Source of the DNA: Pseudomonadales bacterium
GTDB lineage: Bacteria > Pseudomonadota > Gammaproteobacteria > Pseudomonadales > Pseudohongiellaceae
Reading direction: 5' to 3'
Length of the DNA: 64,000 nucleotides
Assembly: GCA_028281635.1 (NCBI GenBank)
Contig: JANQJM010000052.1
Location: 86 to 64,085 of the forward strand
Part shown: positions 26,328 to 37,462 of the stretch, piece by piece
Layout of the letters: every line of letters starts with the position of its first letter
Position numbering within the stretch: position 1 is the stretch's first letter
Translations under genes and position numbers: made by a program
The notes under the pieces: generated by a model
Seen by the model: the letters and a program-made list of their open reading frames with translations, nothing else
What the model was told of the DNA's origin: nothing
Databases searched by the model: none

Positions 26328-27140
26328 CTAAAGCTGATCACGTAAGGCAGAAATCACCGGTGCTGTATCTGGCCGGACGCCGCGCCACAGAAAGAAGGAT
26401 TCCGCCGCCTGCTCCACCAGCATCCCTAAGCCATCAAGTACTTGTACCGCGCCATTGTCACGCGCCCATTGCATAAACATTGTTGGTTCCTTGCTGTACA
26501 TCATGTCATAACAACAGTCCGCGGCAAGTAAAGAAGAGTGCACCGGTGGAACTTCACCGCCGATGCTCATCGAGGTTGCATTAATTACCACATCGCAAGG
26601 TTGAACATCTGAATGATTGTAGTCATATATTTCCAACAGGTAAGCATCAGCAAAATCTGATTGCAAAATCCTCGCTCGTGAAAACGTTCGATTAAGCACA
26701 ACGATGTTGGCAGGAGAAGTCTCGATTAACTCAGCCAGGGCTCCGCGTGCAGCACCGCCAGCTCCTAACACCAGTATTCTTTTCCCTTTCAGTTCGACGC
26801 CATTGTTTTCCTGAAGATCACGTACTATGCCTTTGCCGTCAGTATTGTCTGCACAAAGTTCTCCGTTCTCCATCCATAAGGTATTCGCCGCTTTAGCCAA
26901 TAGTGCTTGCGGAGAATGATGTTGTGCCAGAGTGAATGCCGCTTCTTTATGAGGCAAAGTGACATTTAATCCGCCACCACCGCCGGCGAAATAGGACAAC
27001 ACGAAGTCATCAAACTCTGCTGAAGTTACTCGATGCTTGGCATAGCGGACAGCTTCACCAGTTTGTTCGACGAACAGACTGTGAATTTGTGGTGATTTGC
27101 TGTGGGCAATGGGATCACCCACAACGGCATACTGAGTCAA
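26328..27140 (-). CDS. aroE: Shikimate dehydrogenase
   Basis: GDPIAHSKSPQIH substrate motif and a VLGAGGAARG NADP fold. Confidence 0.9.
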   Translation of the reverse strand: MTQYAVVGDPIAHSKSPQIHSLFVEQTGEAVRYAKHRVTSAEFDDFVLSYFAGGGGGLNVTLPHKEAAFTLAQHHSPQALLAKAANTLWMENGELCADNTDGKGIVRDLQENNGVELKGKRILVLGAGGAARGALAELIETSPANIVVLNRTFSRARILQSDFADAYLLEIYDYNHSDVQPCDVVINATSMSIGGEVPPVHSSLLAADCCYDMMYSKEPTMFMQWARDNGAVQVLDGLGMLVEQAAESFFLWRGVRPDTAPVISALRDQL

Positions 27141-27176
27141 GGTAGATGCTCGGTCCGAAATGAACAGAAGAAAGAA

Positions 27177-28109
<933 letters not shown>

Positions 28110-28262
28110 TCACTAGGGGTTTAAAAACGTGATTAATCCTAATGGAAAACCTATAGACTAATTTTAATCTATGTCTATTTTCTGGCTGCTGGTAGTGAAG
28201 AACCGGCAAACTACAGCAGGCACTTTCCGGTTGCAAGCCAAGGTTTCGAATGTAGTTAGAAC

Positions 28263-29402
28263 CTAGTCACAACGCTGTACCCTTCCACTGCTTACCTCGA
28301 CAGCACCCTTGATCTCCAGTTGCATCAGCGCATGATTGACCACAGACGGTTCCAGTTGCGTGGCTGCTATTACCGTGTCCACAAGCATATTTGATTCTGT
28401 AATAGCTTCAATGACCCTCCACTCCAACGCAGAGAGCTGGTCTTTCTTGGTACTGAGTGAGGAGCAGACCATTGGCGCGCCCAGCGACGCTTTAAATGAC
28501 TGGGTTCCCCACTCATTGAGCAGGTCTTCGCAAATCTCTTCTGCTGAGCTTACAAGTTTCGCCCCATCTTTTAGCAACTTGTGACAACCTGCTGAATTCA
28601 AGCTGTCTACCTGGCCTGGAATAGCAAACACATTGCGATTTTGTTCCAGGGCCAAATTGGCAGTGATAAGCGAACCAGAGCGAAGGCTGGCTTCCACGAC
28701 AAGCACACCGAGACTCATTCCACTGATGATGCGATTTCGTTGCGGGAAATGGTGAGCGCGAGGTGGGGCACCTAGAGCGAACTCACTGATCACCAGACCG
28801 CCATCAAACACTTGATTGGCTAAAGCTTGATTGCTGCTCGGGTATACACGATCGATGCCGGTGCCAATCACCGCTATGGTGTTTTTGGATCCCAGTAAGG
28901 CTCCTGCATGAGCTGCAGCATCGACACCTCTTGCCAGACCACTGATAATGGTAAAGCCCAGCTGTGAAAGTTCATTGGCGACCCATTTCGCAATTCGTAA
29001 TCCGTAGCTACTTGCCTTACGACTTCCCACGATGGCACAGGCAGGCGTCTCCAGTAAGCCCAGATTACCGGCACAAAAGAGTAGCGGTGGTGGAATGGCA
29101 ATCTCTTTGAGCAGAAAAGGATAGTCGCTGGACTCGTAGCAGATAAGTTGGTGTTCGGAACTCGATTGCCACTCAATCGCCGCTTCCATATCTGTTGATT
29201 CCGGTTCGGCACTGAACAGTAAGCTGTCTTTAAAAGAGTCAATTTGCCGAGCACTTAAACCTGATGCAATTAATTGCTCGTCTGGCGTTTTGATTAGCTC
29301 AGTCAGACTGCCAAAATGGGTCAGTGTTTGAGACAAACACCGGGGGCCAATGAGGGGATTGTTTTGCAGACGCAGATACGCCAGCAAACATGGCTCTTCC
29401 AT
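28263..29402 (-). CDS. dprA: DNA-processing protein DprA/Smf
   Basis: 379 aa with the GLARGVDAAAH Rossmann-like core and a C-terminal winged-helix domain. Confidence 0.9.
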   Translation of the reverse strand: MEEPCLLAYLRLQNNPLIGPRCLSQTLTHFGSLTELIKTPDEQLIASGLSARQIDSFKDSLLFSAEPESTDMEAAIEWQSSSEHQLICYESSDYPFLLKEIAIPPPLLFCAGNLGLLETPACAIVGSRKASSYGLRIAKWVANELSQLGFTIISGLARGVDAAAHAGALLGSKNTIAVIGTGIDRVYPSSNQALANQVFDGGLVISEFALGAPPRAHHFPQRNRIISGMSLGVLVVEASLRSGSLITANLALEQNRNVFAIPGQVDSLNSAGCHKLLKDGAKLVSSAEEICEDLLNEWGTQSFKASLGAPMVCSSLSTKKDQLSALEWRVIEAITESNMLVDTVIAATQLEPSVVNHALMQLEIKGAVEVSSGRVQRCD

Positions 29403-29516
29403 GATTCATCCTTGAACGTTGGAAAAGAAATCAACTAAATCTAGTTATAGGCGAGCACTGCGAAACTTTCACCTATTGGAGGGCAGGGAATTTTTGGAAA
29501 CTGATGAAGGATTTAG

Positions 29517-30617
29517 CTAAGGATTAATTACTCGATCACTCAACTCGATTGGTTCCAGGCTGTTAAGAATTACCGCATAGCTCATGTCTTCGAAAGTACG
29601 ATAAACCAGGACTGTGCCGGTCTCGTTACCCGGCAATGCGAGGCGGTCACCGCGAAAGATCGCCCGCATGCGCTCACGGAAACTCATGCGTTCGCGCTCG
29701 ATCTCATCCACCATTTCGCTGCCTAACTTGGAGATGGCCAGCACATCGCCGACTGCCAGATTGTCAGAAAGGCCCAGATCGATAACGATGGTATCGAGCT
29801 GTGAAGCCATCGTTTCGTTACCCAGGAATGCGACGATGCGACCATTCAGATTTTCCACCGGTTCGGTTGGAAATATGGTGGCCCCTATTGTTGACTCTTC
29901 CCGAACTAGTAAGCGGTCACCAACCCGTATCTCCTTATAACTGTTGTTGATGAGGAGTCGCCGCACGTCGGGGGACTCGATGTCAGTGATGCTGGCAAAA
30001 CCCATGTATTCCAATTCCACACCCAGTACGATGTCGTCATCTTCATCGTCCAGATGCTCCCGGAACGGTCGGTAAACCTCGAAAGACGTGGTTCCTGCCG
30101 GCCAATTTCCCCGAGCGTACACTTCGTCCCCAGTGGCAATCGCCAGATTGTCCGCCACGTTATCCACTATGTAGGCGGCGGACTCCACCAATTCCTCGCT
30201 CACAATGCGATTGCGGGTGAAGCTGTTTTCAATGGATTCCAATGGAATAGCAGGGATTGCGCTGGACAGCGCTTCCTCACGCATCACCGGGCCTAACTCT
30301 TCAACCAGGCGATCACCACGCTGCACGAGAATTCTCGGCGAGCCGTCTACGTAACTCAGTTTCAGCGTATCTCCGGGATAGATGAAATCGGAGTTATCCA
30401 GATAAGGGTCTGGCTGCCAAACCTCTGGCCATCTTTCGGGATTTTGCAGAAATTGGCTGGCAATATTCCACAACGTGTCGTCTTCTGCGACAGTGTAAGA
30501 GGCTGGACGATCTAATCTCAGTAAGCCACCCTGAGCGAACATGGCGCCGCTGCATAGCCCGGCAATCAGTGCCAGGCTGAGACTGCAAGCAATCTGTCTA
30601 AACCAAGTTTTCATCAA
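29517..30617 (-). CDS. LysM peptidoglycan-binding protein (TsaP-like; same position as Pseudomonas PA0020)
   Basis: Signal peptide and an N-terminal LysM domain (YTVAEDDTLWNIASQFL...PGDTLKL). The conserved position is divergent from def and upstream of dprA. Confidence 0.7.
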   Translation of the reverse strand: MMKTWFRQIACSLSLALIAGLCSGAMFAQGGLLRLDRPASYTVAEDDTLWNIASQFLQNPERWPEVWQPDPYLDNSDFIYPGDTLKLSYVDGSPRILVQRGDRLVEELGPVMREEALSSAIPAIPLESIENSFTRNRIVSEELVESAAYIVDNVADNLAIATGDEVYARGNWPAGTTSFEVYRPFREHLDDEDDDIVLGVELEYMGFASITDIESPDVRRLLINNSYKEIRVGDRLLVREESTIGATIFPTEPVENLNGRIVAFLGNETMASQLDTIVIDLGLSDNLAVGDVLAISKLGSEMVDEIERERMSFRERMRAIFRGDRLALPGNETGTVLVYRTFEDMSYAVILNSLEPIELSDRVINP

Positions 30618-30751
30618 TTAAATTCTGCACTTAGTGGCGTCGATATGTTAGCAATACGATATAATTATCACTAGAAGCAGTTCACAGACTGCTGCTTCAC
30701 TTTTTCTCAAGACTCTGTCTATACCAGGGCCCAAGATCGATAGTAATACTC

Positions 30752-31258
30752 ATGGCAATAAGGCAAATACTGGAATTTCCTGATCCCCGGCTGCGTAAAA
30801 TAGCCAGCCCCGTAACTGTTTTCGACGAGAAACTGGAAGTCTTGATCGATGACATGTTTGAAACCATGTACGAGGCCCAGGGAATCGGTCTGGCTGCGAC
30901 CCAAATTAATGTCCATGAGCGCTTGTTAGTGGTCGATGTTTCAGAAGAAAAAGAAAACCCGCTGATATTTATTAATCCCAGTTTTGAGATTATCGAGGAA
31001 GAGTTGTCTGAGTATGACGAGGGCTGCCTTTCTGTCCCCGGATTTTACGAAACTGTCTCCCGACCTCGACGCATCAAAATCACTGCACAAGATAAAACCG
31101 GTGAACAATTTGAAATGGAAGCTGAAGGATTACTTTCCACTTGCGTTCAGCACGAGATCGATCATTTGGATGGAAAGTTGTTCGTCGATTACATCAGCAC
31201 TTTGAAACGCCAGCGGATACGCCAGAAGCTGGAAAAAGAACACAAAAAGTCTGCTTAG
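30752..31258 (+). CDS. def: Peptide deformylase
   Basis: [13 protein letters not shown] and HEIDH motifs. Confidence 0.95.
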   Translation: MAIRQILEFPDPRLRKIASPVTVFDEKLEVLIDDMFETMYEAQGIGLAATQINVHERLLVVDVSEEKENPLIFINPSFEIIEEELSEYDEGCLSVPGFYETVSRPRRIKITAQDKTGEQFEMEAEGLLSTCVQHEIDHLDGKLFVDYISTLKRQRIRQKLEKEHKKSA

Positions 31259-31263
31259 AACCA

Positions 31264-32223
31264 ATGTCTGATCTTCGCCTCTGCTTCGCAGGCACTCCTG
31301 CCTTTGCGGCAGAACATTTGTCCTGTCTGATAAACAACAATCTCAAACCGATTGCGGTATATACCCAACCCGATAGGCCGGCCGGACGTGGAAAAAAATT
31401 ACAAGCCAGTCCGGTAAAAGTTGTTGCCGAAAATGCTGGCCTATCAGTCTATCAGCCGAGCAGCCTGCGTGACGAAGAGGCTCAGCAAGAGTTTAAGAGC
31501 CTTACACCTGACTTACTTATAGTCGTGGCTTATGGCTTAATTTTACCACAAGAGATTTTAGACATACCCAAGTTTGGGTGCATAAATGCTCATGCATCAC
31601 TGTTGCCGCGCTGGCGAGGCGCGGCACCAATAGAAAGAGCTTTATTAGCTGGTGATAAAGTGACAGGTGTCACTATTATGCAAATGGATGCTGGCCTGGA
31701 TACGGGGCCGATGCTATATAAAGAATCTGTCACGATAACAGCTGAGGACGACCGAGTATCCCTCACTGAAAAAGTAAGCATGGCCGGACAGCGAGCACTG
31801 CTGTATACACTGGAAAACCTCGATGTTTTAAGGGCAAACCCTGTATCTCAGGTCGATTCGGAAGCAACTTATGCCGATAAACTTAACAAGCATGAGTCCC
31901 TGATTGATTGGTCACTGTCGGCTAGCGAAATTGATCTTGTTATCCGAGCTGGCATTGGTCGCATACCTGCATTTACGTTTTTGAACGGCCAAAGGATTCG
32001 CATTCTTAAAGCGCGACCAAATCGTGATACTTATAATGGGCTACCTGGCACTATTATCAAAGTTTTAAAAGACCGATTCCTTGTTGGTTGTGATAACTCA
32101 ACAATTGAAATTCAGAAATTGCAACTTCCGGGTAAGAATCCTGTTGCTGTGCAGGATTTACTCAATTCAAATACGGAAATCATCCAGACTGGCGCTTTAT
32201 TTAGTAGTTCAGAATTCTTATGA
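31264..32223 (+). CDS. fmt: Methionyl-tRNA formyltransferase
   Basis: Start trimmed to ATG 31264 (MSDLRLCFAGTPAFA). HASLLPRWRGAAPI motif. Confidence 0.95.
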   Translation: MSDLRLCFAGTPAFAAEHLSCLINNNLKPIAVYTQPDRPAGRGKKLQASPVKVVAENAGLSVYQPSSLRDEEAQQEFKSLTPDLLIVVAYGLILPQEILDIPKFGCINAHASLLPRWRGAAPIERALLAGDKVTGVTIMQMDAGLDTGPMLYKESVTITAEDDRVSLTEKVSMAGQRALLYTLENLDVLRANPVSQVDSEATYADKLNKHESLIDWSLSASEIDLVIRAGIGRIPAFTFLNGQRIRILKARPNRDTYNGLPGTIIKVLKDRFLVGCDNSTIEIQKLQLPGKNPVAVQDLLNSNTEIIQTGALFSSSEFL

Positions 32224-33515
32224 GCAGTGCTCGAGTAATCGCCGCTCGTACGATTGCAGCCCTAGTTGATAATAAAGGGTCGCTCTCAAGTCATTTAGAG
32301 AAACATCGAGCGCACCCTGAGTTTCAGCTAATACAGGAGTACTGCTACGGCTGTTGTCGCTGGTTTTTCCTGCTGCAGTTCTTTGTCGAATGCCTGCTAA
32401 AAAAACCGCTGAAGGACAAAGACGCTGATTTACTCGGTCTGCTAATTATTGGTTTGTATCAGCTTCGTCAGATGCGTACACCGGACCACGCTGCTATCAA
32501 TGAAACCGTAGAAGCCGCAATACAACTTAAGAAGCCTTGGGCCAAGGCGCTCATCAATGCTGTTCTTCGCAACTACCTCCGACAGCAACAAGATCTGGAA
32601 GCACAGTTGGCAAAGCAATCCGAGGCGGTTAGGCACTCGCACCCGGCTTGGCTTGTGTCAGCCTTGAAGCAACAATGGCCTGGCGAATTTGATGCCTTGC
32701 TGTTGGCTAACAATCAACGACCGCCTATGACACTTCGGGTCAATCTCGGTAGGCTATCCCGAGATTCCTATGCCGAGACCTTGGTGGAAGCAGGCGTAAA
32801 GTTTTCAGTTGGACAGTTGGCCGAATCAGCAATCTACCTGGACCAACCGCTAGACATTTCAGAGTTGCCAGGATTCGAATCCGGTCTGGTGAGCGTGCAG
32901 GACGAAGCCTCACAGTTGGTTGCCGCTTTACTGGATCTAAAGCCTGAGCAGAGAGTCCTTGATGCCTGCGCGGCCCCCGGCGGCAAGCTCTGTCATATTC
33001 TCGAAAGTGAGCATTCACTAACTGGAGCTGTTGCAATAGACCTGAATGCCACCCGTTTAGAGCGGGTTAACGAAAACCTTAACCGCCTGCAATTAGATGC
33101 CGTTGTGAAACAAGCCGACAGTGGCGACCTCCAGAGCTGGTGGGATGGCAAACCCTTCGATCGCATCTTGCTGGATGCACCCTGTTCGGCCACCGGGGTA
33201 ATTCGTCGTCATCCAGACATAAAGCTGCTGCGTTCCAATGCTGCCATCACCAAGCTGCAACAACAGCAGTTACAGTTATTGGATAGCCTGTGGCCCTGCC
33301 TGGCTGGGGGCGGTCGGTTGCTCTACACCACATGTTCAGTTCTCAATGAAGAAAACAGCGAGGTAATTGATCGCTTTCTCGCCAATCATGGGGACGCTAA
33401 ATATGAGGGCGTCACGGCCGATTGGGGAGTAGAATGCAGTTATGGAAGACAACTCCTGCCACTAGAGCAAATTGGGCCGGACGGATTTTTCTATTCCTTG
33501 CTTCGTAAACGCTAA
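32220..33515 (+). CDS. rsmB: 16S rRNA m5C967 methyltransferase RsmB
   Basis: NusB-like N-terminal domain, DACAAPGGK SAM motif and DAPCSATG catalytic Cys. ATGA overlap with fmt. Confidence 0.9.
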   Translation: MSSARVIAARTIAALVDNKGSLSSHLEKHRAHPEFQLIQEYCYGCCRWFFLLQFFVECLLKKPLKDKDADLLGLLIIGLYQLRQMRTPDHAAINETVEAAIQLKKPWAKALINAVLRNYLRQQQDLEAQLAKQSEAVRHSHPAWLVSALKQQWPGEFDALLLANNQRPPMTLRVNLGRLSRDSYAETLVEAGVKFSVGQLAESAIYLDQPLDISELPGFESGLVSVQDEASQLVAALLDLKPEQRVLDACAAPGGKLCHILESEHSLTGAVAIDLNATRLERVNENLNRLQLDAVVKQADSGDLQSWWDGKPFDRILLDAPCSATGVIRRHPDIKLLRSNAAITKLQQQQLQLLDSLWPCLAGGGRLLYTTCSVLNEENSEVIDRFLANHGDAKYEGVTADWGVECSYGRQLLPLEQIGPDGFFYSLLRKR

Positions 33516-33568
33516 GGGATTGCTTATCCCTCGAAGCAAAACCGACTGGACCAAACTGCTACGCCATC

Positions 33569-34942
33569 ATGAAGATCATCATACTCGGTGCCAACCCTGT
33601 GGGCAGTGCCCTCGCCGAGACTCTTTCCAAAGAAAAGAATGACATCACTATCGTCGATGAGGATGGCGAACGTCTCCGTGAACTTAATGATCGTCTCGAT
33701 GTAAAAGTGACCGAGGGCGAGCCTTCTCTACCGGACGTATTGGAGTCAGCTGGCGCCATTGATGCAGAGATGCTCATCGCAGTCACCAATTCAGACGAAG
33801 TGAATATGGTCGCTTGTCGTGTCGCCTATGCGCTGTTCCAGGTACCGAAAAAGATCTGTCGCATTCGTTCTTCATCTTACACCGACAACGACAAATTGTT
33901 TGGAAAAGAAGGGATCGCCGTAGATGTGTTAATCAGTCCGGAAAAGATTGTATCTGACTATGTAACACGCCTAATCGATCTACCTGGGTCGTTACAGGTT
34001 CTCGATTTTGCCGACGGCCGAGTGCAACTCGTTGCAGTAAAAGCGTTTTACGGCGGGCCTTTGGTGGGGCAGGAAATTCGTCTAATACGGCAGCATATGC
34101 CGTCTATCGACACACGGGTTGCGGCAATATTTCGTAAAGACCGGCCCATCATACCTGAAGGATCAACGGTTATTGAAGCCGACGACGAAGTCTTCTTTGT
34201 CGCAGCACAAGAGAACATCCTTTCTTGTATGAGCGAATTAAGAAGGCTTGATCGTCCCTATCGCAGGCTCATGATAGCTGGTGGCGGAAAAATCGGGTTT
34301 CGTTTTGCTCAAAACATTGAAGAGCGCTACCAGGTAAAGATCATCGAACAGGATACCAAGCGCTGCACCTATCTGTCGGAACATTTGAACAAAGCCATCG
34401 TATTAAACGGTGAAGCTTCACAGAAAGAATTGCTGTTGGAAGAAAATATTGAAGACACTGATGTGTTCCTCGCTCTAACTAATGACGATGAGGCTAACAT
34501 TATGTCTTCGTTGTTAGCCAAACGATTAGGCGCGAAGAAGGTCATGGCACTGATTAACAACCCTGCCTATGTTGATTTGGTTCAGGGCGGTGAAATCGAT
34601 ATAGCCATATCCCCTCAGTTGGCAACCATTGGCAGCTTACTTGCCCATGTCCGGCGCGGCGATGTAGTAAACGTCCACTCACTCCGGCGAGGTGCGGCAG
34701 AAGCCATGGAGGCGATTGCCCATGGTGACAGGTCTCACTCTAAAGTTGTTGGAAGAACTGTGCAGGATGTGGACCTGCCCGAAGGCACAACGATCGGCGC
34801 GATCGTGCGCGACGACGAAGTATTGATTGCACATGACGACACGGTCATCGAACAAAACGACCACGTAATATTGTTTCTGGTCAATAGCAAACAGATCCCT
34901 GTAGTGGAACGGCTGTTCGAAGTCGATCCAACTTTCTTTTAG
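33569..34942 (+). CDS. trkA: Potassium uptake protein TrkA
   Basis: Duplicated RCK/NAD-binding halves (ILGANPVGSALA, IAGGGKIGFRFA). 457 aa. Confidence 0.93.
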   Translation: MKIIILGANPVGSALAETLSKEKNDITIVDEDGERLRELNDRLDVKVTEGEPSLPDVLESAGAIDAEMLIAVTNSDEVNMVACRVAYALFQVPKKICRIRSSSYTDNDKLFGKEGIAVDVLISPEKIVSDYVTRLIDLPGSLQVLDFADGRVQLVAVKAFYGGPLVGQEIRLIRQHMPSIDTRVAAIFRKDRPIIPEGSTVIEADDEVFFVAAQENILSCMSELRRLDRPYRRLMIAGGGKIGFRFAQNIEERYQVKIIEQDTKRCTYLSEHLNKAIVLNGEASQKELLLEENIEDTDVFLALTNDDEANIMSSLLAKRLGAKKVMALINNPAYVDLVQGGEIDIAISPQLATIGSLLAHVRRGDVVNVHSLRRGAAEAMEAIAHGDRSHSKVVGRTVQDVDLPEGTTIGAIVRDDEVLIAHDDTVIEQNDHVILFLVNSKQIPVVERLFEVDPTFF

Positions 34943-34956
34943 GAGCCTTTGGCTCG

Positions 34957-36420
34957 ATGCACATTGCTATCGTCATAAAAATAATTGGCATCCTGCTGAT
35001 GATATTCAGCTTACTGGGAAACTTGCCTCCGTTACTGATTTCCCTGCTCTATGGTGATGGTGTGGCTGGTGCTTTTTTAAGTTCTTTCCTGATTATCTTC
35101 ATCGTGGGTTTTCTGCTCTGGGCAGCTACTGCTCGTCAAAAGAAAGAGCTGAGCAATCGAGATGGATTTCTGGTAGTAACCCTGTTCTGGGCCGTCTTGG
35201 GCAGCGCTGGTTGCCTGCCTTTTTTGTTATCTGATTCTGTCAGCCTGTCCCTCACCGATGCTGTATTCGAATCCATATCCGGGCTGACAACCACTGGAGC
35301 CACCGTCATTTCTGGCCTGGATGGATTGCCCAAATCCATCCTGTTCTACCGACAATTGCTGCAATGGATGGGCGGCATGGGGATTATCGTGTTGGCCCTG
35401 GCCCTGCTACCAATGCTGGGCATAGGCGGCATGCAGCTATATCGAGCCGAAAGCCCGGGACCGATCAAAGACAACAAGCTGGTGCCCCGCCTGGCTGAGA
35501 CGGCAAAAAGCCTTTGGTATATCTACCTCTCACTAACCCTCGCCTGCGCTCTGGCGTATTGGTTAGTCGGGATGGATCTTTTTGATGCGGTCTCCCACAG
35601 CTTCAGCACCATCGCGATTGGCGGATTCTCAACTCATGATGCGAGTCTTGGGTACTTTCAGAGTCCTCTGGTGGAATTGGTTGCAGTGCTGTTTATGTTT
35701 ATCGCTGGGATAAATTTCGCCCTGCATTTCATAACCTGGAGCAAGAAAAGAGACACGACAATTCGTCATTATTTTCAGGATTCAGAATTTTTGTTCTACG
35801 GATTCATTCTGCTTTCTGTTTCGATCACTACTGTGATTATCCTGTATTTCTCCAACACCTATAACTCAGTTGGGGAATCATTAATCAAAGGCAGCTTTCA
35901 AGTGGTGTCGTTTGCCACTACTACCGGATTCACAACAGCCGACTTCAGCAACTGGCCATTGTTCTTGCCCTATGTCTTGCTCTATGCCGCCATTATCGGT
36001 GCCTGTGCCGGCTCCACCGGCGGTGGCATGAAAGTCATTCGAATTCTGTTGATCTTCAAACAAGGTATACGAGAAGTACAACGTTTGATCCATCCTCGCG
36101 CCGTCATTCCAATCAAGTTAGGTAAAAAAGTAATGCCAGACCGTGTCGTTGAATCAGTTTGGGGGTTTTTCGCCGTTTACGTGATGGCTTTCATGGTGAT
36201 GTTGTTGGCCCTGCTGGCAACGGGCCTGGATATCATTACTGCTTTTTCCGCAGTCGGTGCTTGCATCAACAATCTGGGCCCGGGACTTGCAAGTGTGGCG
36301 CAGACTTATGCCGAATTGCCCGGCACCGCAAAATGGATTCTCTGTTTTGCCATGCTATTGGGGCGTCTGGAAGTGTTCACACTTTTGGTGCTATTCACAC
36401 CAATGTTCTGGAAGCGCTAG
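34957..36420 (+). CDS. trkH: Potassium uptake protein TrkH
   Basis: 487-aa polytopic protein with repeated MPM pore motifs (TTTGAT, TIAIGGFS, ATTTGF, GSTGGG). Confidence 0.9.
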   Translation: MHIAIVIKIIGILLMIFSLLGNLPPLLISLLYGDGVAGAFLSSFLIIFIVGFLLWAATARQKKELSNRDGFLVVTLFWAVLGSAGCLPFLLSDSVSLSLTDAVFESISGLTTTGATVISGLDGLPKSILFYRQLLQWMGGMGIIVLALALLPMLGIGGMQLYRAESPGPIKDNKLVPRLAETAKSLWYIYLSLTLACALAYWLVGMDLFDAVSHSFSTIAIGGFSTHDASLGYFQSPLVELVAVLFMFIAGINFALHFITWSKKRDTTIRHYFQDSEFLFYGFILLSVSITTVIILYFSNTYNSVGESLIKGSFQVVSFATTTGFTTADFSNWPLFLPYVLLYAAIIGACAGSTGGGMKVIRILLIFKQGIREVQRLIHPRAVIPIKLGKKVMPDRVVESVWGFFAVYVMAFMVMLLALLATGLDIITAFSAVGACINNLGPGLASVAQTYAELPGTAKWILCFAMLLGRLEVFTLLVLFTPMFWKR

Positions 36421-36434
36421 ACAGTATTAACCCA

Positions 36435-37280
36435 CTATTGATTCAACCGATAGAACTCGGAGTTGTCCGGTTGTCGTCGGAAACGTTTGTATTCCCATTG
36501 ATACTGCGTTAACGATCTATTAACCGCGTCCTCGATAGTTCGATTCAATGCCGTTACTGACTGCACAAGATCTTCACTATAAATGGCTTCATCTGCGGGT
36601 AAGAACACCACTTTGAATCCCTGACCTGGTGCCAACCGCTCCGCATATCCACAGAACACTCTGGCACCGGTGCGCTGTGCCAACTTGCTGACAAGGGTCA
36701 TAGTGAGAGCAGGTTTTCCGAAAAACGGCGCAAAGATTCCACTTTCATCATTAGGAACTTGATCCGGCAAGATGCCAACCAGTTCCCCGCGTTTCAATGC
36801 GCTCAGCACTTCAGCAACGCCTTTGCGATTGGTTGGTGCCATCCGCACGCCATTGCGCGCACGCACTTCCCGTAGCAACCGATCAAGACCGGAAATGCGC
36901 GGTGGTTGGTACATAAAATATGATGGCAGCCCTTCGCAGGCAAAGAATCCAAAGATTTCCCAATTGCTCAAATGAGGTGCGATGAGTATCACGCCCTGTT
37001 CACTTTCTACTGCGCGACGAAAATCAGCGTAGCCGCTCTCGGCTTTAACAAGGGATAAGGTTTCTGCCATGGGTGCGGCCCAGGCCTTTCCCATCTCCAG
37101 CGCAGTACAAGCAGTATTGGTCAGACTTGCTTTGATAAGCGTTTGGATTTCTGATTCAGAGAGTTCGGGAAAACAATGGTGTAAGTTTTTAGTAGTAGTG
37201 TCCCTGGCCTTGGTCGGAAAAAGGTAGAGCAGTCTGCCCCAGGCGCCCGCAATCCAGTGCAGCACTGATAGGGGGAACAA
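36435..37280 (-). CDS. Lipid A late acyltransferase family protein (LpxL/HtrB-like); start uncertain
   Basis: NLHHCFPELSESE and APHLSNWE (HX4E) motifs. The TTG at 37280 has no SD; see the finding on the C5 run. Confidence 0.75.
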   Translation of the reverse strand: MFPLSVLHWIAGAWGRLLYLFPTKARDTTTKNLHHCFPELSESEIQTLIKASLTNTACTALEMGKAWAAPMAETLSLVKAESGYADFRRAVESEQGVILIAPHLSNWEIFGFFACEGLPSYFMYQPPRISGLDRLLREVRARNGVRMAPTNRKGVAEVLSALKRGELVGILPDQVPNDESGIFAPFFGKPALTMTLVSKLAQRTGARVFCGYAERLAPGQGFKVVFLPADEAIYSEDLVQSVTALNRTIEDAVNRSLTQYQWEYKRFRRQPDNSEFYRLNQ

Positions 37281-37462
37281 TGACAGGAACCATAGGAATC
37301 CTCGTATGAGAATGTAGCTAAGGGACTGGATGATGTTTGCTCTTGATTTGACCAGTGAGAGGGATATGAAGCACTAACTTATCACAAAACTCGTTCAGTA
37401 TACTCTGCTGAGATGCCCAAACGACGGGGCTTGGTGGAATAGTTATAGATAATCGAGGATAA

